Source: Chlamydiia bacterium
GTDB taxonomy: Bacteria; Chlamydiota; Chlamydiia; Chlamydiales; JACKPQ01
Assembly: GCA_030433395.1 (NCBI GenBank)
Contig: JAUILX010000001.1
Coordinates: 1-44,238, forward strand
Length of the DNA stretch: 44,238 bases
Reading direction: 5' to 3'
Position numbers and translations under genes: made by a program. A model generated the notes under the pieces. The model had not been told where the DNA came from, made no database searches, and saw nothing but the letters and a program-made list of their open reading frames with translations. Positions 27,320 through 37,077 of the stretch are shown in pieces (positions within the stretch are counted from its first letter, which is position 1; the number at the start of each line of letters is the position of its first letter).

Positions 27320-29500
27320 ATGAAGAAAGAAATGACATTTCAAGTTTTTGGCTTAGACTGCCCCTCTGAAGCAGCCTTACTTAAAAAAGCGTTAGCAGAG
27401 CATGAGGGAATTGGCGATCTGTCATTTGATTACCTCAACGGGTTAATGACTGTATCCTATCAGTCCGAGAAGATTGAGACTGATCAAATGGTCAATGCTA
27501 TTAAGTCTGCTGGCATGAAAGCCAAAGTGCTGTCTGCTGATACATCTAATGAAGATCAAAGCTTTTGGCAGAAAAAAGGGCGGATTATCATGACGTCCAT
27601 AAGCGGGCTATGTTTGGTGATTGGATTTATTTTTCATCTAGCGTTTGAAAAAGGGCTCGGGTCTGTCTTTTCTACCTCAGATGGAGGACTTGTTCCACAC
27701 GCTGCAGTGATTTTTTATGCATTAGCAATTTTATCTGGCGGCTACTTTGTTGCTCCTAAGGCTTGGACTGCATTTAGGCACTTAAGGCCTGATATGAACA
27801 TGCTTATGGTTCTAGCGGTTTTTGGAGCTATTTTGATTGGTCAATGGGCCGAAGCTGCTACTGTCATTTTTCTATTTTCTGTCGCCTTATTTTTAGAGCA
27901 TTGGAGTATGGGACGCGCACGTAATGCGGTCTCTTCTTTGCTAGATTTAGCACCTGAAATGGCCGATGTCATGGAAGGTTCAGATGTTGTTAGTAAGCCA
28001 GTTGATCAAGTTGTTGTTGGCGCGCGGATTCTTGTAAAACCCGGAAATAAAATCCCCCTTGATGGGGTTGTGGTCCAAGGTAGTTCAGCTGTGAACCAAT
28101 CGACAATTACTGGCGAGAGCATGCCTGTTGAAAAAGCAGAAGGTCATCAAGTTTATGCTGGAACTTTAAATGAAGAGGGCGCTCTACACATCGAAGTAAA
28201 AAAATTATCACAAGAGTCAACACTTTCGCGCATGATCGAACTTGTTCGCCAGGCAGGTCAAAAACGCGCAAAAGCCGAAGGTTGGGTTGAGTCTTTTGCT
28301 AAGGTTTATACGCCGATAATGATGTTGCTAAGTGCATGCATCATGATTTTTCCTCACTTCATTTGGGGCGGTAGCTGGGAAGAGTGGATATACCGAGGCC
28401 TTGTGGTCCTTGTGATTGCATGCCCGTGCGCCCTTGTCATCTCAACACCTGTTACAATTGTCGCTGGCGTAACAGCCGCTGCGCGTCGAGGTGTTTTGAT
28501 CAAAGGGGGCATCCATTTAGAGACAGCAGGAAGGCTAAAAGCTTTAGCCTTTGATAAAACTGGAACTCTGACTTTAGGAAAGCCAGCTGTGCAGCGCATT
28601 ATTCCATTAAATAATCACAGCGAGCAAGAATTACTAAGTATTGCAGGATCCCTTGAATCTGTTAGTGGCCATCCATTAGCTAAAGCTATCATGTTAAAGG
28701 TTTCAGAAGCCAAGGTCGATTTCAAGCCTCCGCAGGAAATGAGAGTGATTCAGGGAAAAGGTGCTGAAGGTATTATTGACGGCAAGGCTTATTGGATTGG
28801 AAGCCATCGATTTCTACATGAAAAAAAGACTGAAACACCGCAAACCCACAGCCAAGCTTTAGCCCTTGAAGATGCAGGGCACTCTGTGATCATCATTGGA
28901 GATGATTCTCATGTATGTGGAATGATTAGCGTTGCTGATGAGCCTCGCACGGGTGTAGATGTCATACTACAAGAGCTCAAAGCTGCCGGATTGCGACAGC
29001 TTGTTATGCTAACAGGGGATAATCAACCAGCAGCAGCAGCACTTGCAAAGCATGTCGGTATTGATCGCTACTGGTCTGAGCTTTTGCCTGAAGATAAAGT
29101 TCGTATGATGCAACAGCTTGTTATGCGCTGGGATGTTGCAGGCATAGTAGGTGATGGAGTCAATGACGCAGCGGCAATGGCGATATCAAGTCTTGGAATT
29201 GCAATGGGTGGAGTGGGAAGTGATGCTGCAATTGAAGCGGCCGATATAGCGCTGATGGCAGATGATCTCACTCAACTACCTTGGTTGATTCGCCATGCCA
29301 GAAAAGCACTAAAAACAATCAAAAGTAACATTGCATTTGCACTAGGTATTAAAGGGATTTTTCTAGCACTTGCCGTTTTTGGATGGGCCTCTTTATGGAT
29401 GGCAATTGCTGCCGATACTGGAGCATCTCTTGTTGTTGTCGCTTACGGTTTGCGATTACTCAACGTGGGTTCTGTCCAGAAAGATCAGATTGCACCATAA
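27320..29500 (+). CDS. Heavy-metal P1B-type ATPase, Zn/Cd/Pb (ZntA/CadA-like) subtype
   Basis: ATG at 27320 (MKKEMTFQVFGLDCPSEA, an HMA domain). Has TM6 CPC (ACPCALVIST), DKTGTLT, GDGVNDA, and the last TM WMAIAADTGASLVV as in ZntA. The track ORF start at 27026 is antisense read-through of hemH. Confidence 0.85.
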   Translation: MKKEMTFQVFGLDCPSEAALLKKALAEHEGIGDLSFDYLNGLMTVSYQSEKIETDQMVNAIKSAGMKAKVLSADTSNEDQSFWQKKGRIIMTSISGLCLVIGFIFHLAFEKGLGSVFSTSDGGLVPHAAVIFYALAILSGGYFVAPKAWTAFRHLRPDMNMLMVLAVFGAILIGQWAEAATVIFLFSVALFLEHWSMGRARNAVSSLLDLAPEMADVMEGSDVVSKPVDQVVVGARILVKPGNKIPLDGVVVQGSSAVNQSTITGESMPVEKAEGHQVYAGTLNEEGALHIEVKKLSQESTLSRMIELVRQAGQKRAKAEGWVESFAKVYTPIMMLLSACIMIFPHFIWGGSWEEWIYRGLVVLVIACPCALVISTPVTIVAGVTAAARRGVLIKGGIHLETAGRLKALAFDKTGTLTLGKPAVQRIIPLNNHSEQELLSIAGSLESVSGHPLAKAIMLKVSEAKVDFKPPQEMRVIQGKGAEGIIDGKAYWIGSHRFLHEKKTETPQTHSQALALEDAGHSVIIIGDDSHVCGMISVADEPRTGVDVILQELKAAGLRQLVMLTGDNQPAAAALAKHVGIDRYWSELLPEDKVRMMQQLVMRWDVAGIVGDGVNDAAAMAISSLGIAMGGVGSDAAIEAADIALMADDLTQLPWLIRHARKALKTIKSNIAFALGIKGIFLALAVFGWASLWMAIAADTGASLVVVAYGLRLLNVGSVQKDQIAP

Positions 29501-30569
29501 TTTTTACCAGGTCGTTAAAAGATGTCTTTGGTTTCCAATTGAGATCTTTTTGGGCCTTTGCAGCATCGCCCAGTGCGCAATTGATTTCATTGGGGCGGTA
29601 ATAAACCGTATCAATAGCTACGACCACTTTACCAGTCTTGGCATCAACACCTTTTTCATGCTCACCTGTTCCATGCCATTCAATTTCAATCCCAGCTTCT
29701 CGAAAGGCCAGTTCAGTGAATTCACGTACGGTATGACTTTCCCCTGAGGCAATGATACGATCTGTAGGTTTTTCCTGCTGCAGCGTTAGCCACATAGCTT
29801 CGACATAATCTTTGGCATACCCCCAGTCGCGCATGGCGTCTAAGTTGCCCAAGTAAAGTGTGTGTTTTTCTTTTCGCAAGATGCGGCCAATGGCGTGAGT
29901 GATTTTGCGAGTTGAAAAAGTGCTATTACGTCTTGGAGACTCGTGATTAAAAAGGATTCCATTGCAAGCATACATGCCATAGCTTTCTCGATAATTTACA
30001 GTGATCCAGTGAGCAAAGAGCTTTGATGTTCCATATGGAGATGTAGGATGCATTGGGGTTTGCTCATTTTGTGGGATCTCTGGTGCTGATCCAAAGATGT
30101 GGTTTGATGAAGCTTGGAAAAAACGGATTTGATCCTTTCTCCCAGATTGCCTGATAGCTTCTAAAATATTTAAAGTGCCCATAGCATTGACGGTGCAAGA
30201 GTAGACAGGCATCTTAAACGAAACCATCTCGTGGCCTTCAGCAGCCAAATTATAGACCTCATCGGGTTGAACTTCGCGCATGAGGACCATCATCGTCGCT
30301 AAATCTGTCACATCGCCATAATGCAAGACGAGTCGTCGATTATCAACCTGCCTATTTTGGTAGATGTGGTCAATACGCCTTGTGTTGAACATCGATGCTC
30401 GCCTGCGAACCCCATGTACTTCGTAGCCTTTTTCTAAAAGAAGTTCAGTAAGATAGGCTCCATCCTGACCAGTAACACCAATCACCATCGCTTTTTTTGG
30501 AGCGCTCACATCTTTTGCACAAACTGAAAAGGAAATAAGGAGCATCAGTAAAAAAGTAAGGAAGCTCAT
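29460..30569 (-). CDS. gmd: GDP-mannose 4,6-dehydratase
   Basis: Has GVTGQDGAYLTELLLEKGYEVHG, SPYGTSKL and GILFNHESPRR. The start may instead be M28 (ATG at 30488). Confidence 0.9.
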   Translation of the reverse strand: MSFLTFLLMLLISFSVCAKDVSAPKKAMVIGVTGQDGAYLTELLLEKGYEVHGVRRRASMFNTRRIDHIYQNRQVDNRRLVLHYGDVTDLATMMVLMREVQPDEVYNLAAEGHEMVSFKMPVYSCTVNAMGTLNILEAIRQSGRKDQIRFFQASSNHIFGSAPEIPQNEQTPMHPTSPYGTSKLFAHWITVNYRESYGMYACNGILFNHESPRRNSTFSTRKITHAIGRILRKEKHTLYLGNLDAMRDWGYAKDYVEAMWLTLQQEKPTDRIIASGESHTVREFTELAFREAGIEIEWHGTGEHEKGVDAKTGKVVVAIDTVYYRPNEINCALGDAAKAQKDLNWKPKTSFNDLVKIMVQSDLSGQNPR

Positions 30570-30652
30570 TTTCTTCTCCCGGTTAAGGTCCCAAGTACAT
30601 CAAAAACAACCTTTGTTTGCAATAGTTATCCAAATTTGATACCATTTAGGAC

Positions 30653-31390
30653 ATGAAAAAACTCGTTTCTCTTTGTATGTTGGTTTGCATACTTGGTTGT
30701 GGCAAAGTCACCAAGTCTCCCTATCGGATAGCTGTTGACCCCAGTTTTTATCCGCTTGAGCTCATGGGGAAAGAAGCCAATGTCTATGCTTTTTCAAACG
30801 AGCTTTTGCAAGCAGTTGCAAAAAAAGAGTGCCTTTACATTGAACGTGTCAATGCTTCCTGGGATAATATTCTCGAAGGTTTGAGAAAAGATGACTTTGA
30901 TGCTGCACTCTCAGCCTTGCCACCATACAATTTTAACGAAGCCAAATATGATTTTTCTCAGCTCTACCTTCCAACTGGATATGTTCTTGTCATCCGCGAG
31001 GATGAAAAAGCGCTTGAATTTAAGAAATTAAAAGGTCGAGAAGTTGGAGTTCAAATGAACTCAGAAGCTGAACGGATCTTAAGTAAATATCCTGAAGTTT
31101 TGATTCGTTATTACGAAAATCCGGCCGTAGCATTAGAAAAACTTGATCAAGGACAACTCGATGGCGTTGTTATGGATGCTATTCCAGCTGTAAGCTTTAT
31201 TTATGATCGCTATACTGAAAAACTTAAACTGGGAAGCAGTGTTCTAAATGATGCTGGCTTGCGCATGGTTGCCGTAAAGGACACCCATCGCGATCTTTTA
31301 GATCGCTTTAATTCGGGCCTTGAAAAGCTCAAAAAAGACGGCACCTACGACAAGCTTGTCAAAAAGTGGAAGGTCAGTTTTAGTGATTGA
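30653..31390 (+). CDS. Amino-acid ABC transporter substrate-binding lipoprotein (family 3 SBP, ArtJ-like)
   Basis: 245 aa with lipobox ILGC. SBP_bac_3-like blocks are IAVDPSFYPLE, FDAALSAL and LDGVVMDAIPA. Confidence 0.7.
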   Translation: MKKLVSLCMLVCILGCGKVTKSPYRIAVDPSFYPLELMGKEANVYAFSNELLQAVAKKECLYIERVNASWDNILEGLRKDDFDAALSALPPYNFNEAKYDFSQLYLPTGYVLVIREDEKALEFKKLKGREVGVQMNSEAERILSKYPEVLIRYYENPAVALEKLDQGQLDGVVMDAIPAVSFIYDRYTEKLKLGSSVLNDAGLRMVAVKDTHRDLLDRFNSGLEKLKKDGTYDKLVKKWKVSFSD

Positions 31391-31403
31391 GTCTTTTTAA
31401 GAA

Positions 31404-34070
31404 CTACAAGTCAAAAGCTGCTGCTAAGAGTGTATCACTCTGCCGTAGATGGCGTTGGATGATCCTCTGATTGGTGGAGCCCCCAATGCCATTTTCATGT
31501 AGTAGAATACAGTTAAGCAAATGTCCTTGTCTAATAGGAATATGTACCCATGTATCCACGCCATCTTGAAAAAAATTGAGTGCATCAGCAACACTTAAAT
31601 CCTTTTTAGCTTGTGTAGCAATAATCTCTAGAAGGCGGCTATTCCCTGTCTGCAGCACTGCTGGAAGAATGCGGCTTCCCCTCATGTTACAAGGGATCTG
31701 AGCATGATTTGAGCGAGATCTCATTTTTAGGCCGTGGTCAAATAATAACGACGCAATATAGCTGTTCCCGGAATTGCAGGCTCCCTCAAGAGGATGAAGA
31801 ATGGGGCGGTCCGAACATCTTCTGTCTTGGGCAGAATAATTTGTGGCATCACCGGGGTCTATCATTTGATCTAGGACTCCATGAGTTTTTGCAAGATTGA
31901 TATATTGTTCTACTAGCTCTACCGAGCCATGAGCGCAAGCGGCTGTAAACTGAGATATTTCATATTCCGAACCTCTAGGACGAATCAATTGAACAAGGTC
32001 AGATTTTGTAATACTACTGTAATCTTTTTCCTTTATTTCAACATAATTTTCATAAAATTGTGCCAAGTTTATTTGTTGTGGTTCTATAATATTTTTAGGA
32101 TTTAGAACAACTGGTATTTTGTAATGCTTCACAACTTTGATTAATCGTTCGTTTTTTGTGCTGTCAGTAAACCTTGCTAATATTGGTGCAATTCTACTTA
32201 TTATATTGTTGCCTTGTAACAACTTGCTATTTTCAACAATTGCTTTTTCTAGGATTTGGAAACACGTAAAGGGCTCTGGCTCTGGGTGGGATGGTTCGTA
32301 GATCGCCCAGTAATAGAATTTCGATTCTAATGAAATGTCTCGCTCAGATAAAAAGAATTCTTCGGATAGGGAAAGTCCAAATTGACGGACTAAATTAGGA
32401 GTTAGGTGCTCTGAAGACTCCATGAGCAGTTCTTTAGTAGTGCCATCGATGTCTGATCTGAATGAAAGGGCTCGATAAACTAAGTTTAACATTAATGCGG
32501 TGTTATAACATATGTCATTCGAGCTAGTCTGACTAGCACAAGGCGTATTATCAAAAAGCTTCAGAGCACTTTTTGCAGATACAATGCTTGCTACGGCATA
32601 GATAGGTTCTGAGTGCGGGCACTCAAGTAGCTTTGGAATGCTTTCATTAAGGGGTCTATGTTGCAGATGTGAGCTGGGTTGAGGTTGGTTTGCAGGAGCT
32701 TGGTAACAGTGCAAAGCACAACTGCTAAGCTTCTGCGCAGCTTCTATTAATTCATAGACTGCAGTTTGGGAAATAGGAGCGAGTCTTGGGCGTGATAGGT
32801 CTTTGCAGTCGGCTATCGAAAGCTCACGGCTGCGAGTGCTTAATACTGGCCTCAGCATAGTAAATGCTTTAGAGATAGTGATAATGTGTGACAGAACCTG
32901 TTTATACATCTTACTGGGATGGTTTTGAGTGACTAGTTCCAAGACTTTTATCACATCTTGGCTAAAGACCTTGCGCCTTCGCTTATTAGAATGGTAATAG
33001 GAAGTTAAAAAATCGTCTCTTTTTGATTGATCATCGATTGCATGCCAAATAAAGAGAAAGTTTTGCGGGTTGACCGCATCTATAGATCTATCAAATAGAT
33101 AACGGATCCAATTTTCTGAATCTGCAAATAGATTAAGATCTCTTTGAAGTTGTTTGTTGGTTGGATCATTGGTTAGGCTCGTAAATAGGTCTTCTAACCT
33201 GAGGCTTCTAAAAATATCTTGTTGAAATCTGTCAAAGACAAGGTTGGCTCCAGACGTTGCTAGTTGCACACGAGTTTGAGATGAGAGGTCTCTGCGATTA
33301 AGAAGTTCTTGATGCACCACTCTGATTAGTTTTTTTGTATATGCAATTATTTCACTACCCGAGTTCTGCGATGTTCCAGAAGCGTTATTAGCAAACATGT
33401 GGAGAACTCTTTGGCACTGCTCAATCCCGCCATATGATCTATCTAGATTGACTTCGTTATTGGTTTTCGGTGAAGGAATAGGGATGTAATCTTGTATAAT
33501 TTGATTAATGTCTGTTTGATTACTGTGATCAAGGAAAGAGGTCCCAACAGGCCAATTATTTCCTTGTTGATTTGTAAAGCACATCAAAGCACAGAAATGA
33601 AGTCGTTGAGCAGAATCGAGCCAATCTCTGATTTCCCACGGCTCAAGTTGATTAATATTTCCACATTCGTACGGAAGTAGTTTGCGCATGTGCATAGAAT
33701 ATCCTTTGATGTAATAGAGTACTCTTTGCTGAGAGTAAGATATTCCGTCTCTGGGGCCATCATAAGGTTCATAGCGCTCCACCTCCTCGTCGGACGAACT
33801 GTAATGATCTCCGTCACTATTATAACCGTTTTCATCTAATACTGTACCATCGCGTAGCCTAGGCAACCCGTCGCTTGGTGCATGCGGATAGTGTGTTATA
33901 TTTTTTGTTAGAAAGCTTAAAAAATCGAGCGCTCCTTTGCTAAATTGATTGTTAATGGATATATGATACCTGAAAAGATTCGCAATAAAGTCTTCTTTAC
34001 AAGGTGATCTCAGATTGCTCCAGCTGCCTGGGGCATTCTCAAGGTTGAATTGATTAAACACGTTTGTCAT
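31404..34070 (-). CDS. Large orphan protein (888 aa) with an internal duplicated module and ankyrin-like C-terminus; candidate secreted effector
   Basis: Start chosen at MTNVFNQF (ATG at 34070, AAAGGAG 7 nt upstream). There is no signal peptide and no enzymatic motif was recognised. See the findings for the duplication. Confidence 0.6.
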   Translation of the reverse strand: MTNVFNQFNLENAPGSWSNLRSPCKEDFIANLFRYHISINNQFSKGALDFLSFLTKNITHYPHAPSDGLPRLRDGTVLDENGYNSDGDHYSSSDEEVERYEPYDGPRDGISYSQQRVLYYIKGYSMHMRKLLPYECGNINQLEPWEIRDWLDSAQRLHFCALMCFTNQQGNNWPVGTSFLDHSNQTDINQIIQDYIPIPSPKTNNEVNLDRSYGGIEQCQRVLHMFANNASGTSQNSGSEIIAYTKKLIRVVHQELLNRRDLSSQTRVQLATSGANLVFDRFQQDIFRSLRLEDLFTSLTNDPTNKQLQRDLNLFADSENWIRYLFDRSIDAVNPQNFLFIWHAIDDQSKRDDFLTSYYHSNKRRRKVFSQDVIKVLELVTQNHPSKMYKQVLSHIITISKAFTMLRPVLSTRSRELSIADCKDLSRPRLAPISQTAVYELIEAAQKLSSCALHCYQAPANQPQPSSHLQHRPLNESIPKLLECPHSEPIYAVASIVSAKSALKLFDNTPCASQTSSNDICYNTALMLNLVYRALSFRSDIDGTTKELLMESSEHLTPNLVRQFGLSLSEEFFLSERDISLESKFYYWAIYEPSHPEPEPFTCFQILEKAIVENSKLLQGNNIISRIAPILARFTDSTKNERLIKVVKHYKIPVVLNPKNIIEPQQINLAQFYENYVEIKEKDYSSITKSDLVQLIRPRGSEYEISQFTAACAHGSVELVEQYINLAKTHGVLDQMIDPGDATNYSAQDRRCSDRPILHPLEGACNSGNSYIASLLFDHGLKMRSRSNHAQIPCNMRGSRILPAVLQTGNSRLLEIIATQAKKDLSVADALNFFQDGVDTWVHIPIRQGHLLNCILLHENGIGGSTNQRIIQRHLRQSDTLLAAAFDL

Positions 34071-34552
34071 GTGGCTGCTCCTTTGATTTTTGAAAGGATA
34101 GTAGATTAAAGACGGTATTGTAAGCAAATAATATTTTTGGTAAGTTGAATATGCTCGAAACCATAACCAGGAGAAAGAAATGAGATTTCTTTTCGCCATT
34201 TTGTCGTGGGCTTCTTTCTTCGGAGCATCTGTTGTATATGAACGTTCCACTGCCGCTTAGGGTTCTGCCGGCTACCGATGGAGTGGAGATCGAAGAAAGG
34301 ATAGCACTTGATGGGAGTGTAATCGAAAAATCGCTGTCTAAGATCAGCGACCAGGTTGTAGGGCATCCTACCTATCCAAGCCAGTTAGCGCATCTAGTCT
34401 TTGAGCTTGCATTTCTTGAAGCAGAGGAGATTAGGCTTACTTCAAAAGAACGAACAACATAGGATATCTACCTTCTAATTTGGGTTGCGGCGATGCTGGA
34501 TTGGTAGAAAAGCTTTTTTCATTTTACTACGGATATTCTTTTGATCACTGGG

Positions 34553-37063
34553 CTAGGTCAGATTAGACTGCTCGCGGATGCGTCTGATTTCTTCTGGGTC
34601 AGGTGGACATGGAGCTAATCCCCAGATGTTCTCTGCGTAGTTTTTGATAGATTCATCACTTGAGAACTTGCCCATAGCGGCTATGTTATGCAGGGCATAT
34701 TCAGCCCATTTTTGCGGCTGAGCAAAAAGCTCTTCGACTTTTTTTTGCATCTCATAGTAGGGCATAATGTCATTGAGCACGTGATAGCGATCAAAGCTGA
34801 GTAGCTGATGAAATAAACTGTTGAAAATTTGGTTTTCTGTTTCGTTTTCGGCTAGGGATCCGTCTGTTAGCATATCGAGCGCGCGTTTAATTTTGGGCTC
34901 TTTTTCATAGACAGCATGCGGGTTATGTTTAAGGTTGGCATTCTCTTCAGCGGATGCTCCAAAACTAAAGGGCCACCATTGATCGGTTACTTCAGTATGC
35001 ATTTCGATGTTTGCACCATCTTCTGTTCCGATGGTAAGCGCGCCATTCATTGATAGTTTCATGTTGCCAGTTCCAGAAGCTTCCATGCCAGCCATTGAAA
35101 TTTGCTGGGAAAGATCGGCTGCTGGAATGATGATCTCTGCATTAGAGACGTTGTAGTTTTCAAGAAAGAAGATTTTTAGTTTATTTCCTGTTTGCTCATC
35201 TTGGTTGATCTTGCGGCCAATGCAGTAGATGAGACGAATGGTGTTTTTTGCTATTTCGTATCCAGGGGCCGCTTTACCTCCAATGAGTACCAGACGGGGA
35301 ACATCTCTTGCATTGGGATTGTCTTTTAGCTCACAATAAACCATGAGAGTGTGCAGGGCGTTCATAAGTTGTCTTTTGTATTCATGCACGCGCTTGATCT
35401 GTATGTCAAAAAGTGTATCGGGACCGGGCAGAATGTCGCACTGCAAAGGGGCGCCATCACGATGACGCTCAACTTGCGTACAAAGGAGTTCTAAGAGTCT
35501 TTGCTTGTTCTTTTTTTTGATATCTAGAAAAGCTGTTTGAGAGGCAGGATCACTGGAATATTCAGCAAGTTTTTTGATTTGAGTGAAATCGGTTACCCAA
35601 TCAAATCCGATACGATCTGTAATAAACTGCGATAAAAGGGGATTGGAGAGCATTAACCATCGCCTTTGCGTTACTCCGTTAGTAACGTTGGTAAATTTAT
35701 CTGGCCATAGCTCGAAAAAATCCTTAAAGATTGTTTCTTTTAGCAAATCGCTATGGAGCTTTGCAACGCCATTAATTTTATGAGATCCATACATTGCCAA
35801 ATGGGCCATTTTGATTTGCCCATCTTCGATCATTGACATGCGGTGCACACGCTCTTCATCTGTTGGAAAATTTTTTCTCACTTCACTGCAAAATTGCTCG
35901 TTGAGTTTTTGAATCACATGGTGTTGGCGAGGTAGTAGATCTTTAACGCGGCACTCATTCCATTCTTCTAAGGCTTCTTTCATCACAGTGTGATTGGTAT
36001 AACTGCAAACGCTGCGGGTGGTCTCCAGGGCTTTATCCCAAGGCATTTTGTGATCTAAACAAAGCATGCGCATCAACTCAGCAATGATAAGGGCTGGATG
36101 TGTGTCGTTAATTTGTATGCGGACTTTGTCTGCAAATGCGTCCATGTTTTGATAAATATCTTTGTGCTCACGAACGATATTTTGCAAAGAGGCAGAAACG
36201 AGTAAAAATTCTTGCTTGAGTCTGATGCGCTTGCCCATTTCATTGTTGTCGTTTGGATAAAGAACGTCAGTGAGTGATGTGTTTTCTGCAGCCTGACCAA
36301 GTTCTCCAGCATTGTAAGATTGCAAAGCAAAATTACGAGGAGATTCTTTGGTCGACCAAAGCCTTAATGTTAGAACCGTAAAATCTGATGATGGTTGATA
36401 GCCAATAATGGGATAATCGTATGGGATAGCGCGAACTGCTTCAAAGCCTGTAAGAGTGTGAACAAGCTGCCCATGTTCATTTTTATTCTCGTGAATTTGA
36501 CCTCCGTAGTCGACAGAGGCGGCATAGCGATCTCTTCGAAGTTCCCAGGGGTTATCTGTGATGAGCCAGCAATCCGGGCGCTCGATCTGTACACCGCACC
36601 AGACCTCTTGCTCAAAGATGCCATATTGGTAACGCAATCCAAAGCCCATCGCAGGATATTGCTGCGTGGCAAGTGAATCCATTAAGCAAGCTGCCAAGCG
36701 TCCCAGACCGCCATTGCCAATGCCCATATCATGCTCGATTTTTGTTACGTCTTCTAGAGGGCGATTCATTCTGTCTAAAACGCCTTTGACGATGTCCCAA
36801 GCAGAGATATTGGTCACGTTATTTGAAAACTGTCTGCCGGGCATGTACTCAAGAGAAAAATAGTAAAGCTTGCGCACTTTTTGCGTTGCAAAGGCATGCT
36901 CTGTTGCTGCCCAATTGCTCATCACCTCTTCGCGCAACGCCCAGACAAAGGCGCGGTAAAACTCTTCAGTAGTTGCCTCATCGGCCGTGCGCCCTTGAGC
37001 TACAAGTGTATAGTGTTTAATCTTCGCAATGATTTTATCTACGACATTAACGACATCATTCAT
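34553..37063 (-). CDS. glgP: Glycogen/maltodextrin phosphorylase
   Basis: 836 aa with the PLP-lysine block EASGTGNMKLSMNGALTIGTEDGANIEM and the N-terminal GNGGLGRLAAC. Confidence 0.95.
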   Translation of the reverse strand: MNDVVNVVDKIIAKIKHYTLVAQGRTADEATTEEFYRAFVWALREEVMSNWAATEHAFATQKVRKLYYFSLEYMPGRQFSNNVTNISAWDIVKGVLDRMNRPLEDVTKIEHDMGIGNGGLGRLAACLMDSLATQQYPAMGFGLRYQYGIFEQEVWCGVQIERPDCWLITDNPWELRRDRYAASVDYGGQIHENKNEHGQLVHTLTGFEAVRAIPYDYPIIGYQPSSDFTVLTLRLWSTKESPRNFALQSYNAGELGQAAENTSLTDVLYPNDNNEMGKRIRLKQEFLLVSASLQNIVREHKDIYQNMDAFADKVRIQINDTHPALIIAELMRMLCLDHKMPWDKALETTRSVCSYTNHTVMKEALEEWNECRVKDLLPRQHHVIQKLNEQFCSEVRKNFPTDEERVHRMSMIEDGQIKMAHLAMYGSHKINGVAKLHSDLLKETIFKDFFELWPDKFTNVTNGVTQRRWLMLSNPLLSQFITDRIGFDWVTDFTQIKKLAEYSSDPASQTAFLDIKKKNKQRLLELLCTQVERHRDGAPLQCDILPGPDTLFDIQIKRVHEYKRQLMNALHTLMVYCELKDNPNARDVPRLVLIGGKAAPGYEIAKNTIRLIYCIGRKINQDEQTGNKLKIFFLENYNVSNAEIIIPAADLSQQISMAGMEASGTGNMKLSMNGALTIGTEDGANIEMHTEVTDQWWPFSFGASAEENANLKHNPHAVYEKEPKIKRALDMLTDGSLAENETENQIFNSLFHQLLSFDRYHVLNDIMPYYEMQKKVEELFAQPQKWAEYALHNIAAMGKFSSDESIKNYAENIWGLAPCPPDPEEIRRIREQSNLT

Positions 37064-37077
37064 AACTTTTATTTAGC

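Noticed and set aside
27294-27324. MerR-type promoter for the metal ATPase: TTGACA, a 19-nt spacer, then TATGAA.
   Set aside because: The putative -10 element overlaps the ATG at 27320 and the spacer contains no dyad operator. It would only work with a leaderless start at 27332, which is too speculative.
34071-34250. 60-aa N-terminal extension of the large orphan ORF, and similar extensions of OMP paralog 1 (16950-17039), rfbB (6432-6473) and the hydrolase (10299-10316).
   Set aside because: The internal ATGs have good Shine-Dalgarno sites and produce sensible N-termini, while the extensions run through promoter or terminator sequence.
34232-34462. 76-aa ORF and small hairpins (for example GTAGG-GCAT-CCTAC near 34360) in the long effector-glgP intergenic gap, considered as a gene remnant or ncRNA.
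   Set aside because: There is no recognisable domain, no RBS and no tRNA- or riboswitch-like architecture that I could identify by eye. It remains unexplained spacer.
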